Source: Raillietiella orientalis
Taxonomy: Eukaryota
Assembly: GCA_036172245.1 (NCBI GenBank)
Contig: JAYWIR010000019.1
Coordinates: forward strand, 744,001 to 808,000
Reading direction: 5' to 3'
DNA: 64,000 bases
Shown here: piece by piece, positions 27,521 through 40,045 of the stretch
Numbering within the stretch: position 1 is the stretch's first letter
Layout of the letters: each line of letters begins with the position of its first letter
Notes under the pieces: generated by a model
Told to the model about the DNA's origin: nothing
What the model saw: the letters and a program-made list of their open reading frames with translations, nothing else
Database searches by the model: none
Translations under genes and position numbers: made by a program

Positions 27521-30500
27521 ATGGATTCTGATATGGACGAATTCTACGGAACGGATTCTGGAAACGAATCCAGTGAAGATGATGTAGAATTGATGCCAAT
27601 TGAAGAACCTGGTGGAAGCTCATACTCGGATAAAATAGAAGTTGAAGAATTTCCTTACGAAGTGCTTACCACCGAGCAAATCGTCCAGCATATGATCGAT
27701 TCCATCAAAGAAGTAAATAACGTCATACAGGTAAGTAGCATTTACTACAGTAACAATACAGTATCGGTATGTGTAAAGATGAAAATTTCAGCAACATTCC
27801 AGATCATAGAATGCATAATTGCAGAACTAATATATTATTTAAAGTTAACTTCAGCGTAATGCAAATTGAATTCCCCGTTTATATGATAGTGAATTGAGTT
27901 AGTTGTGATTATTTGAGATGGATGTGCAGATTTTTTGATAATTACCCATGTTTGAATCCTACAGTGCCCCGAATTAGAATTTGTGGCACATGTACATCTA
28001 CATAACAGTGAAAAAACCAGAGCTGTGCAGAAGCGAAATTTAAGGATCAGAATTTGTAGGCATGAATCATTCAGGCATCAGGACGATGGATAAGTTAGTG
28101 ATCCGAATTTACGAAATTGAATACTTTAAAAACAGCGTGAATAATGTGTGAGACATCCGTAAGGTAGTTAGAACTGTGATGAATATGGCATTTTTCAGTA
28201 GTCCATAGCATATCTTATTCATTACCATTGTGTTAAGGGGCACTTACCATACTTTTCTTTGTAGCTTCATTGCCATTGTGTCTTATTCTTATTCATTAAT
28301 GATGGCATTTAATGGAATAATGAAAATATTGTGAGTGGATGTCTCCCTCATTACAGTTCATGCTAAAAAAACTTCAATTTTTAATGCTCGTTCACTTGAG
28401 TGTTAAATCGAAATAGTGTTATGTGTCCAACATGAAATCCAAATTTGGGGGAGTTTTCCCTTGTTTCATTTCTTTGTTCCAACATAAATTCCTTTTTTCA
28501 CAGTTTATTGTGTGTGTGTTGACATCTTTTTCAGTGGTTACAGAATTAAGAACGCTGTTGATCCAATAATTAGAAACTTTATAGTTGTTGTTGTTTTTCA
28601 TAGTATCTCACAAAATTGTAAATGCCAAGAATATCGAAACCATGCGTTTATAATTTTGTTGGTTTGGTTTTCATTTCTTAATGTCATACCGAAACAGCTA
28701 AAATGTATTTTTTTTTTAAAGTCAATTATTATTTGAAAAATATCTTTTGTTTACTATACACAGGGTTGTACATATGTTTTGTTTCTATATCTACGTTTTC
28801 TGTATCTATTTCTATATCTGGAATGAGCTTTGGATTTATTTTTTGGGTTTTCTGTGCATGTCTGTGGTTCATACCTGTGTTTCTGACCATATTAGAGACT
28901 GTTTTGTATCTGTAAAATTACTAGAAGAAATTAAAGTACCTGTGGTCATTCAGTGCAAAAATATAACTATGTGAATTTTCATGTTTTTGCCATATATTTT
29001 TCAAATATTTGTGGGGGGAAAAAATGAATCCAGTATCTTGCAATTTTTTTATAATCTGTAAAACGAACTTGTGAAGATTGCTATATTAATACAAAATTGT
29101 AGATTTTCCCGATGTTGATGTTACTTGCATTCCAAATTGAGTAAGTTCAGTGTTATAGCATCACAATTCATTTTAGCATTCAGAGAATTGAAGAGCTGAA
29201 TAAAAGTAAGGAAACATTCCAATATAAAGTAAATGGCTTTGTAGCATCACTGTTGCAGATTTAAAAGCATGGATTATTTAGGAGTGAGCAACTAATTTAT
29301 GTTAAGGCCATAATCAATCATATGAAATTTTTTATGCATGTGTTCATTCTTAAACAATTATAGTTCTGATGCATAAAGTTTCTTCGAAAAGTACTGAAGT
29401 TTGATTTTGTTCTGAAGTTGTATTTTCATGTAAATGAGACAGAAATTTGGAAGGTTATATTTTTCCGCAAACGTCAAGGTGTTTGAAACTTTTAATATGG
29501 TTCAGAATTATATGATTTCATTATATTGTGTAAAGTTACGTTCGTGAGTACATATAATGTGGCAGTACAATTTCATATTCCCAAATACATAAGGCATTTA
29601 GCTATTTTGTATCTTTAGTAGATATAGAGCTCTCATATGAAATGCACTGCACATTAGTAATGAAATCTGTGTAGTAATATCTATAGGAGAGCAATTATGT
29701 AGGAGAAAATGCATAGAAATGGAGGGCAGGCAGTAGCAGGAAGCTGGATATTGTTAGCCTTTTAATAGATTCAATTTTTTTTGAAAGAAAAGATATATAT
29801 GCCGTTTTGAGGATGACTGTGTACAAAAATACTGGACAATGTCACTGCATGTGGTTTTCATCATGTAGGTTATTAAAGAATTATTCAGAGAGAATTTCAG
29901 AGAGTTGTAGTGCAGACTCAATCGATGCCAGACTGATAATATGCTGCAAATGCATTAGTAACATTCTGTGACTTCTATACTATGCAACATCAGAAATGTT
30001 TTGTGCATTTTTCAAAATTCTGCATGGTAAAGTGTTCATTTTATTTCTGCTTCTTTATTTCATTCCTTAAAGTTATTTCACTGACCTAGAAGTTGCTTAT
30101 GTGAAGTGGTTTTCTGCGATTACTTTTTTAACCCGGAAATTTTTAAATACCTTACGTTTAGTTTTTTGTTACTTGCAATTTTTCTTGATAGTTTTGTCTG
30201 GTTAAATAGGAAGATGCTACTTTGGTTAATACATCAGACTTGTAGCATGAAAGTGAGTATGCTGGTCCTTCCATCAGCAGCATCTCTGAATTCTACCAGC
30301 TTTGGTGTGAGACAATGTCAGAACAAGCATGGATTATTTGCCAAGAATGATTGTAATTTCATGCAAAAGTGAAAGAGACTAGAATTGTACTAGGATCATT
30401 TATCAGTAAGGGTAGCCAACATAAACAGAAACAGGAAACTTGTAAGCCTGTGATTGATTGAATGACATAAGAACAGTTTCCGAATAGTTTATAATCAATG

Positions 30501-33500
30501 ATTAAATTCCAAAAATGTGAGTTATTCCCAACTTCTCCAGGTGGCAATTTGCATGAGCGGTTTTAACTGGTCTGAAAAGCAGTTAGGAAACATGAGAGAA
30601 AAGAAACAGCCACATGTATAATAGATGATTGAATGACATGGAGAATAGGTCCGGATGATTGAAGGGGAGGGGATTTTAGAGGTGAATCGCATATTGGTGT
30701 TTATTTTTTTTTTTGAAAAAAAAAAAATGCTTTTGTTGCACCTATTATAAGCTTAATGAAACTGTTTTCAAAATTTGTTTTGGGAATATCACTCCATGAT
30801 TCAATAAATTTTGTGGACGTTCGGATGCTGCCATTCATCTCTTCCAAGAGTTTTGCATTAAGATTGAACTTTGCCTATTGAACTATGAACCTCTATTGTT
30901 TGCTGCAGTTAATCACTTTTTATGCAAAGTGCCACTTGCAGAAGTTGTGAATTGCTTACGTTTGCAGGGAATGTTGCAGGAAAATTCGGTGGCATGGACG
31001 GTTTGCATGTTTACTTATTGATAATTGATTTTCCTTCTAATCGCCACTCGTGCAATTCATTGTATAATGTATAAGGTTTATTTCTGTAGACGACAGTCAA
31101 TCCAAGAATCCGTCCAAAAGTGGATGCGTTTCATTTATGAGAGGGATTTCGAAAATAAAAATGACCCTGATCAGTGGAAAGCACGTTTTGGCATTTTTCT
31201 CGACGAAAGCATGTCGTTTTTTTAGAGCGTGAAATTGCAAGAGAAACTTTAGTTGTTTAGCGTGTCGAGTGAAACTTTTTGGTATCCCATCCTATACAGC
31301 ACAACTAATTCAGGAGAGAATGCGGTTCGCTTAATTCGTTCAACCGACATTCAAAAAGATGTAACAAAATACGCAAATGCATCTTAGGTCTTCGAGGTGA
31401 CGTTTGAAGATGAGACCGTTTAAGAGTGCGAAGTTTGTCTAGGCCGAAGGTACATGAGTGAAATTTGGTACGGTAGAGTGGAGGAACTGAGATGTGTGAA
31501 TGGTATCCCATCAAGAACGCAAAGTGAGTCATCTGCCTCATTAAGTTTACAGGAGTGGGATTTGTATGACGTGCAAATAATAACGAGAGTTCTTTTCCCT
31601 CAATAACTCCCGAACACGCAAGGATGCTGGAGACGGCGGAAAGAAAAGATCAGCACTTTACGCACCGTTGCATCTGTTGAGTTCACACACGGAGTGAAAC
31701 ACGCAAACCACAGATTGTAAATCATCCCAATGTGGGACGAGCATACATAACGATAAACGCGAAGCTCCCGGATTCCATTAAGCGTCGCCCTTTCACTCTA
31801 TGCTATGGGAAAACTCTGTTTAGCCGTCGTCAAAATATGGGGCGGTCGAAAATTCAAAGGTGGTCGACAGCTTCCTGCGTTGCTTCCGATTCCACTGCTA
31901 CCGATGACGTGTGACTGCAGTTCGAAATCCGTTGAAGTAAAACGCCACGAAAGGCAAAGGTAATCAGAACCGTGGCTTTCCGTTTTCATGTGAGAACGTG
32001 CAAATAAAAACGAGTAGCGGACAAACTTGTCAACTGCCCGGCCTGCCAGAATAACTTTCAAAACAGGTGCCAACGCCGCGGAACGTACACAAAAAAAAGA
32101 AAAACATTCCATGAAAACCTTAGGGAACCTTAGAAACTTCGTAGAGGCAACCGTGCTGGTTTCGGTACTCTTTGACGCGTCGAGCATCTTTGTCTCCATG
32201 CGGCCTTCTGCATCGCTGTCCCATTTCCACAGGGTGTGCCTCCTCTGCTTTCAGCATCGAAATTTTCGTCTCGGCAAAAAGGTGTATACCGTGCCTCAAA
32301 TCAGGTGGACCTGTTTGTGAAGGTGGACACATCTTTACTGTTGAAAGTTTGTATGTATGTGGATTCAGTACACACAGGCATGTACACCGACAACAATTGC
32401 ATGTGTGTGCGTTCTGAAGCATTTGCGTATGCGCTGTACATTGATTGTAGAGTAAGCAGACTTGGGATTGGGGAAAGCATTCCCATTGCCGCCCTGTTTG
32501 CACTTACCCCTGACTCCTGCTCGTGGTTTGTGTTTTTTTTGGGGGGGGGGGGGGGGGGGAGCGTTGTTGGTTTCTATGTCGGCACGAAAGAGGTGTGATT
32601 ATTGTCCATCGAAAGGAAACGAATCTCAGTGTCTTCTGTTCAAGTGCCTCACATCTCAGTACCTTCTGTTCACGTACCAAAGGAAACTCTCGTTTAGTAT
32701 TAGATTTAAACAGTATCAGATTATGTGTACGTGCCTTGGGAAAACGAACTTCGTGCATACCGCGTGGTTCACTGTGCTGCCAGCTCTTGGTGCATTGATC
32801 ATTAGGGTTGAGACGAAGATTGCTGCAGAGAGAGAAGCAGAACCATGAAGAAGCACTAAATGATGAAAGATGAGGAAGATCATAGACCAAGACTTTTCCC
32901 GATCTCACAGAGGCGGGGTTGGCGTCGCGCACTGCGTTCGCGCGGGTCGTGAATTCGGTCAGCCTGAGATAGGCTTTCAGGTTGATTTCCGTAACGCACA
33001 CTTCCCTTCTGACCAGAACCAGGTTTCCGTGGTTGTGTATCCTCTCCAGGAGTGGAACAGTGTGTTTCGTAATGGCTGATCCCGAAGGCTGTGGGGGAAC
33101 ATGCTTTCCTTGTATTCGGAGGTTCCTCTTCCTGACTTTGTCATCACATTTGCAGCGTGAGCATCATCACATTTTCTCCTGTTACAGGCATATCACGGCA
33201 GGTTCTGTTTCCGCCCTCGACCTAGGTCAGATCTCCGTAGGCCAAGTGAAACGCAAAGTTCCACCATGGGGGTGTGTGCTGGTCACGGCAGGCATCGTAG
33301 CGCCGGGATTTCGAGCTCCGGCAGCACAGAAGAGACGTTTTGTTTGTTTGTTTTCTTTATTCTTTTTTTCACGGGGTTTCCAGAAATTCAGCGATTTAGA
33401 ATGTCAACCGAGTCCGGCGTTTCGGCATGATTTTTTTCGCGAGCTCAACTCGAATGTTTCTGCTTCGCCTTTGCTTTCGTGTCCAGAAAACGCACTCTGT

Positions 33501-36500
33501 GGATTTCCGTAACGCAAGTGTACTCCGATGCGGGAGCGAGCGAGAACGAAAGTGCTTCTTCTTCCTCCACGATTTTGGATGCTAAGCGGAAAACTTGTGC
33601 TCACGCGAAACTGCGTGACCGAGGTCTGCAGCAAATGAAAGAGAACCCTCCACCGACTTTCCCTTGCCGAAGCAGTTAGAGTATGGGAAGGTTTTCCCCT
33701 TCTCCTAAAATACCCGGGAAACATTGGCCTCGTGGCTGGGAGGAGGTATGTAAATGCGATCTCGTGGAAACTTGCGTTTCAAACTAGGTAACCATAAATT
33801 CTGCCACCAAATCTCCTCCAGAGTCTGAGAAGGATACTTCGTTGTGCCTGAAGGGTTGCTTAAAGTTTAGACGTGGCTCAGCGGGAAGTTGGTTGAGGGC
33901 CTCTGAATTCGTTGGTTGCGTTATTTTTGAAGCCACACATGAAGATAAGCAGAATGGTTCCTTTCCACACTGAGGATCACTTCACATAGGTTCTTGCACC
34001 GTTTGATTTGTGTTCCGTACTGCTCGCTGTACCAAAAGATTCGATGTATGTGGTTGTTTTGCTTTGGAAACCAAATAAAAAAAAAAAAATACCTGATATG
34101 TCTTGATAACTTCTGCCTTTTATGCTTTGTGACGTAGTCCGACGAAACCAGTCTTGGTACACTGTCAGCGGAACAGTACACTGCCTCCGTATTGCTCTCA
34201 CTTCCGGTTGCTGCTTAATGCACACTGAAACCATTGTTGCACTGTGTATAAGTGTATATGGGAAATGTAGTTAGCTCTGGGACCCAATGGTTCAGCGTGT
34301 GAGCCGACATACGTTTAGTCTTCCTCGTTTTTGGCAGCCAGAGGTTAGTTGATGACTTGCGAAAAGTAAAAATAAAAGCTACATGTGAATAAAAGTATGC
34401 CTGCTCCCGTTGTCAAGGCGTATGGCAACGATTCCAGTTGTCTGCCCTCAAGCACCGAGTTTTCCAAAGGGACGTATAGAGTTCATTCGAAATTATGCGT
34501 CTCGTTAAGTGAAAGTGTGTGACGAAACTTTCTGCTCGGGTACTCGAGACCCCTGGTGCTTTTTTCCGGCCTCACTGGACTGGGTCCGTAGAGAATGCGT
34601 ACATGCGTGGATCCCGAGAATCATTTCCTTTTACCAAGTGGTCATTGAAACCGGAAATACCCCGCCATCGGGTAATTTCAGAACGACGTTATCTTGGTAG
34701 AGGAACAAAAGCCTCTCCATTCTACCAGTACTGTTATAATAGAAGCAACCAGAGCAGTAATGCGACGTAATTGCACCACGTGCGCCAACGTTCTCTCTGC
34801 TGGCGGCGGAGCGTCATGACGTCAAGCAAGGTTTTCGGGTTGCACGTGCTGTTCAAGCTGCTCTTCTTCGGAACGGTGGCACCTCAGCCCTCTAAACCAG
34901 CAGTGACTTGATTTTTCTTGATTTGGAATCGCCGTAGGCTCGACCGAAGCAGCGGAAGCAACTCTGTCGCTTTCCTGCCCTTGTTCGGTTGAACAGGGGT
35001 GCATTCGTTTCGCCTCGTTTCTTGGGGGTGCAGTTAATTTCAAAAGCCCAAGCGAGAGCTGGGCCGTTACGACTTCGGGTATGTTTCGCAGTGACTTTTC
35101 CCCGGAGGATCTTCGGGTAAACTTCATGAAGATGTCGGTTCCGCTTTGGGATCCCTTTGCGCCACGCGTTTCTGGATGCCTACTGGATTGGTCCGGCACA
35201 AAGGGCCGTCGCGTGTTTTGTGCTTTCTCTTTGCGCCTGCAGCCTGTTTTTGCCCATGCAGCGAGCGCGAAGTGTACGTAGTCTTCCTCCTCTGTCTCCC
35301 TCCCCAGATTGGTTTTTTCCATTCCAGGCTGCAGTTCTAATATCGTTCTCCATTGAAGGAATCTTTCATGAAGCATAGTACAAGATGTCATCGGTGCGTG
35401 TCACTGATCACCAAGACCGTGAGGCGATGCCCCCCCAAAATGTTGCCCGTTTCCCTTTCGTTGCGTGTGTTCTGTATGCCTCCTCGTGTGGTTTATCGAA
35501 TGCAGGAGCCTGGATATATTTTTTTCGTTTTGTCACTGATTCTCGCTATGTGCAAAGGGGCTTGGCCTCTTCATACAACATCTTTGGTCAGACGCCTTCT
35601 CGGTTGGCCGATTTCCCAGCACCACACCAACCATGCATTGATTTGTTTACTCGGTCTACACTTGGCGTGAAACTGGAGTTGGGTTCACCATCTCCTGATT
35701 AATGCATTAGTGAGGTACGTTATGGGAGACGGTTTCGTTCGCAAGAACCGTCAGCGTCTTGAAATAATTTCAACGGGGTTTCCAAACATCGAGTGGTGCT
35801 GATGCATGGTCTTTCCACTGGTGTCGATGATCGCATCGAATCATCTGCGGACGTAAGGCATGCTGCCCTTTATATTTTATTGCAACTCTATTTTCACCGA
35901 CCATTCACGTGCAAGTGCACTCTGCTTGTCCGGAGGGTAGAGTTGCATGTTTTGGTGGACATGTACGGTGTTTCCGCTCTTTGGCACGACAGCTCGCCAA
36001 GAGTTCTTCATCGCCTTTTGGATGGTCTGCAGCTCGCGCCAACCGGGATCCTTCCCGTGAAATCATACGCGAAGAGATCGCGCCAAGACCGTTCTAAAGC
36101 GCGTGCGGTTGCTTTCGGTGCCCTTTCACAGTCGTCCTATTTACTTTGCCATGCTTTTTCACATTCAGTGTCATCTTTGTTCATGTTGACGGGGTTTTGC
36201 TTTCAATTGTGTGGTCTTCACATCTGAAAACATGCATCGTCCTCCGGAAAGCATGCATCCGATTCTGAACATCCTCCTTGCGTTTTGTGAGTTTTCTTAA
36301 GTTTCAGCTTCCTAACCATTCCTCTTTAATCATATAATTCTCAAATCATACTGATGGCGCATTCGTGTGACGCAATCCTAAAGGTGTTCAAAGGCAACTT
36401 TATCGCTGCATATTTCGATGTCTTTTGAAGTCCTTACTGAAAACCGAAGTGCCGCTCTTGATGTTAGAAACCGGGAAAGTGCGGGGCCAACTGATTGCAG

Positions 36501-38189
36501 TATGCAAGGAAGGTTTCATCACGTCACGGTGGCGGAGTCCGCATCTGTGTGCTGTGTCCGTGTACACATTTTGTGTTCGTTCGACTTCCTCTGCATAGTG
36601 TTCTTCTAATGCGCGAAACATTAATCTCCTTTGCAAATTTGGCAATGTGTGTGATACGTTGTGATATGCGTGGTGCGGCGCCTCGATTCATGACGATGTT
36701 CTCGAATACTTGCACAAACGTCGAAATGTGTTCCAGCTTCCTCTGACCACCATTCGTATCCTTCTGAACCATTTTCGCTGGGATAAAGAGCGACTACTGG
36801 AGCGCTACTTCGAAGGGGACCAAGATAAATTCTTTAAAGATGCAAGAGTTGTGAATCCACTGAAAAAGCCTGGTCGTGTGATATCCTCCAAGCCCAATGT
36901 AGGTACTGCTTCCAATGTAAAGGTAATCGTCTTCTGTATTTCAGAAGGGTTCCCGCCCAGTGGCAGAGGAATGTGAGGTTTGCCTGGCTTCCTATCCCAG
37001 TAATGTAAGTACCCCGCAGTGTTTTCGTAAGAAAAGAAAAAAAAAATCCGCCCTTAGATGCTGACGGGGCTCGAATGTGGACACAGGTTTTGTACCCATT
37101 GCTGGACTGAATATCTAACTCTAAAAATCATGGATGAAGGGATGGGTCAAATGATAGAGTGTGCGGCTCATGCATGTGATATCTTGGTAGATGATGCGAC
37201 CGTCATGAAGCTAGTAACCGATCCCAAAGTGCGACTCAAGTACCAGCAGCTAATAACCAATAGTTTCGTAGAATGCAATAAACTGCTGCGTTGGTGCCCC
37301 CAGCCAGATTGTAGTCATGCCATCAAAGTACAATATGTGGAAGCAAGGCCAGTGACATGTCGTTGTGGCCATACACTGTGCTTCGCGTGTGGGGAAGCTT
37401 GGCATGACCCAGTGCGATGTATTCTGCTCAAGAAGTGGATCAAGAAGTGTGATGATGATTCGGAAACATCCAATTGGATTGCAGCCAACACCAAAGAGTG
37501 TCCCAAGTGTAATGCTACTATCGAAAAAGATGGCGGGTGCAACCACATGATTTGCAAAAATCAGCACTGTAAAGCTGACTTCTGCTGGGTGTGCCTTGGT
37601 CCGTGGGAGCCCCACGGCTCCTCGTGGTATTCATGTAATCGTTACGATGAGGATGAAGCCCGAGCAGCAAGGGATGCCCAAGAGCGTTCCCGGGCCGCTT
37701 TACAGCGTTACTTGTTTTATTGCAACCGGTACATGAACCATATGCAGTCGTTGCGCTTTGAGCACAAACTGTATGCTGCAGTGAAAGTGAAGATGGAGGA
37801 AATGCAGCAGCACAGCATGTCCTGGATCGAAGTGCAATTTCTGCACAAGGCAGTGGACATACTGTGTCAGTGCCGGCAAACACTTATGTATACTTATGTA
37901 TTTGCTTACTATTTGCGCCGAAATAACCAGTCGCAGATTTTTGAGGAGAATCAGAAGGATTTGGAAGGTGCCACAGAAAAGTTGTCTGAATACCTGGAAC
38001 GCAATATCACTCAAGAAAACCTGGCGGACATCAAGCAGAAAGTGCAGGACAAATACAGGTTAGCTGAATAATTGGATACCAATGGAGTCAAATGTTTGTT
38101 GGTTTAGGTACTGTGATCATCGCCGCCGGATGCTTCTGGAACATGTTCATGAAGGATATGACAAAGATTGGTGGGACTATAATGACTGA
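27521..38189 (+). CDS. ARIH1: Ariadne-1 RBR E3 ubiquitin ligase, 5 exons
   Basis: Exons 27521-27730 (acidic N-terminus, [13 protein letters not shown]), 36737-36898 ([19 protein letters not shown]), 36945-37004 (ECEVC), 37058-38058 (RING1-IBR-RING2 with [16 protein letters not shown], Ariadne domain), 38109-38189 (..[15 protein letters not shown]). All joins GT-AG and in frame. Confidence 0.96.
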
Positions 38190-40045
38190 TGAGAATAACA
38201 GGGGAGTTGTTGCTCATTACTATTTCCCTAATTATCCAAACCAAAACATGAATAAAAATTGCAATTTCCAGCAAATTCTGTATAATGAAAGCTGGTCCAG
38301 TGCGGATGCGGAATCAATTTTCATGCTGTTTCGTGTCAGAGTTTAAACATGCTGATTTTTGTGTTATGGTGGTCAACTTTTCTGTCTTTTGTATGGTTCA
38401 AGTGCCAGGTGCAAGCTAGCTTACCCGTTGGTACCTTAAGGCATTTGAAGTGTTAGCAAAGCGGTATGCGAGACTCGTTCCAATTAAAAAATCATTCTAT
38501 CAGAAAATGTGCTCACAATAAAGTCGTGGAGATCAGGAATAAAAAACATCTTTTATTAATCACCTCCCTTCCTAAAGAAAAAAAAAAAAAAAAAATCTCA
38601 TTCCAAAGTAATCCATAGTGATGCAGAGCGCCTGAAATGGCCATAGGAGTTAACCCGTTCTGCAGTGCTCGTGCCCGGTTTCCAGATTACGGCTGCTCAA
38701 GGACGAATGCCGGATCTTCACTTAAAAGCTGTTTGTCGTTTCCCGTCGTTGTGCATTGAGGAAAATGACACTGGACGGTTTTGCGACGTTCCCCTTGTGA
38801 TGCGGTGTAGTGAAAACTGCTCAGACCAGTGAGGCTCAAGTTGCTTTGCCACAAATGCGGGATCTGAGAATCTCAAATGCTCATACTTTGAGAATTTGTG
38901 AACTTAACGATTTTGGGTATGCTGTTCGGACGTGTCGATTGCTTTAGTTGCACGCATGTCGCATGTTGTGGGATTGTGCTGCGACCAGAAGCAGTTTGAA
39001 GAACCGCAGCCGCAGAGGTTCTCCACCAAGAGCTGTGTGTTGTTCCCTGATGTGCCCCACAGTGCAGGCGCGATTGCAGTTCCGCCCCTCCGGGTGGCTG
39101 GGACGGCCACCTCGTATCCTTCATCCACCCAGTGGTTTGCTCAGGTCACGCCCCGAGCCCGCCAGAGTGGTTTTCGCCGTCCCTCCTCCCGTTGCGAACG
39201 CGGAGGTGGCAACTCGCATGCAGCCGTTTGACGGTTGTGGCTGATGCAGAGGAACTGCTGCTGTGTTTCGTGCCCAGGCGTGTCTTAATGAAGTTGGCAG
39301 TTTGGAGAGGGGTGATTCACGCGCAAATGAAATAATTTAAGCAACGAAATTATTCTGAAAATAAAAAACATGAAGAAGAAAAAAAGAATGGAGTGTCGTT
39401 GCGACTGCCGAAAAACGAAAAAAAAAGAATCGAGATTTTGGGAAGGGAGGAAGTGAGTGGTGCACGTGAGCAGGTCCAGTTCCGTGCCAATGCACACTGA
39501 GCTTACCGATCTTCGTAGCCTCAAGAATCTTGACTTTACCACTACCATTCCGTCGTCCCTTTGTGGACATTAATCCTCGCCTGACGGAATGCAAGGTTTG
39601 TTTCATTGCTCTGATCGTCTCCCCAGGTAACGATCAGATGAAAACTGAATAAAGTATTTGAGCATGAGCCTTTATCAGTTCTTTTACCATGGGCCGAAGA
39701 AACGGGTGCTCTCTTTGCCACTCTTACTATTACCGCTAAACGCCAGGTTGCATGGTGGTGTGTGAGACTGTGCAAACTCCCTTTAGCTATAAATTGGTTT
39801 GCATAGGTCTGCTCCTAACATTTGCATCAAGGTGCATCGCCGCATTCTGACACGATGCATTATTCCCGTTGGATCAACACAGAAGAAGACACCTTTCTCG
39901 ATACCTGGCAATCCTGTCAACCTGATGGAGTGCGTAAGTATGTGATATAAATTATTCTAAAACTATGACGAACTTCGCCAGCTATTTAAGGAAACTTTTT
40001 CAGGAGTAACATTCTCTTCTTTAATTTCATGCTTTTGGGAAAGAC

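Noticed and set aside
32541..32559. G19 tract (also C/G/A homopolymers at ~15013, ~15973, ~16663, ~40748)
   Set aside because: Homopolymers are common across the window; nothing indicates a specific function.
32859..32967. ATGATGA...CTGA C/D-box snoRNA candidate in ARIH1 intron 1
   Set aside because: Weak terminal stem and no rRNA or snRNA complement that I can recognise.
34822..36227. Intronic ORFs of 105-189 aa in ARIH1 intron 1
   Set aside because: Overlapping frames on both strands with no motifs; expected by chance in GC-richer DNA.
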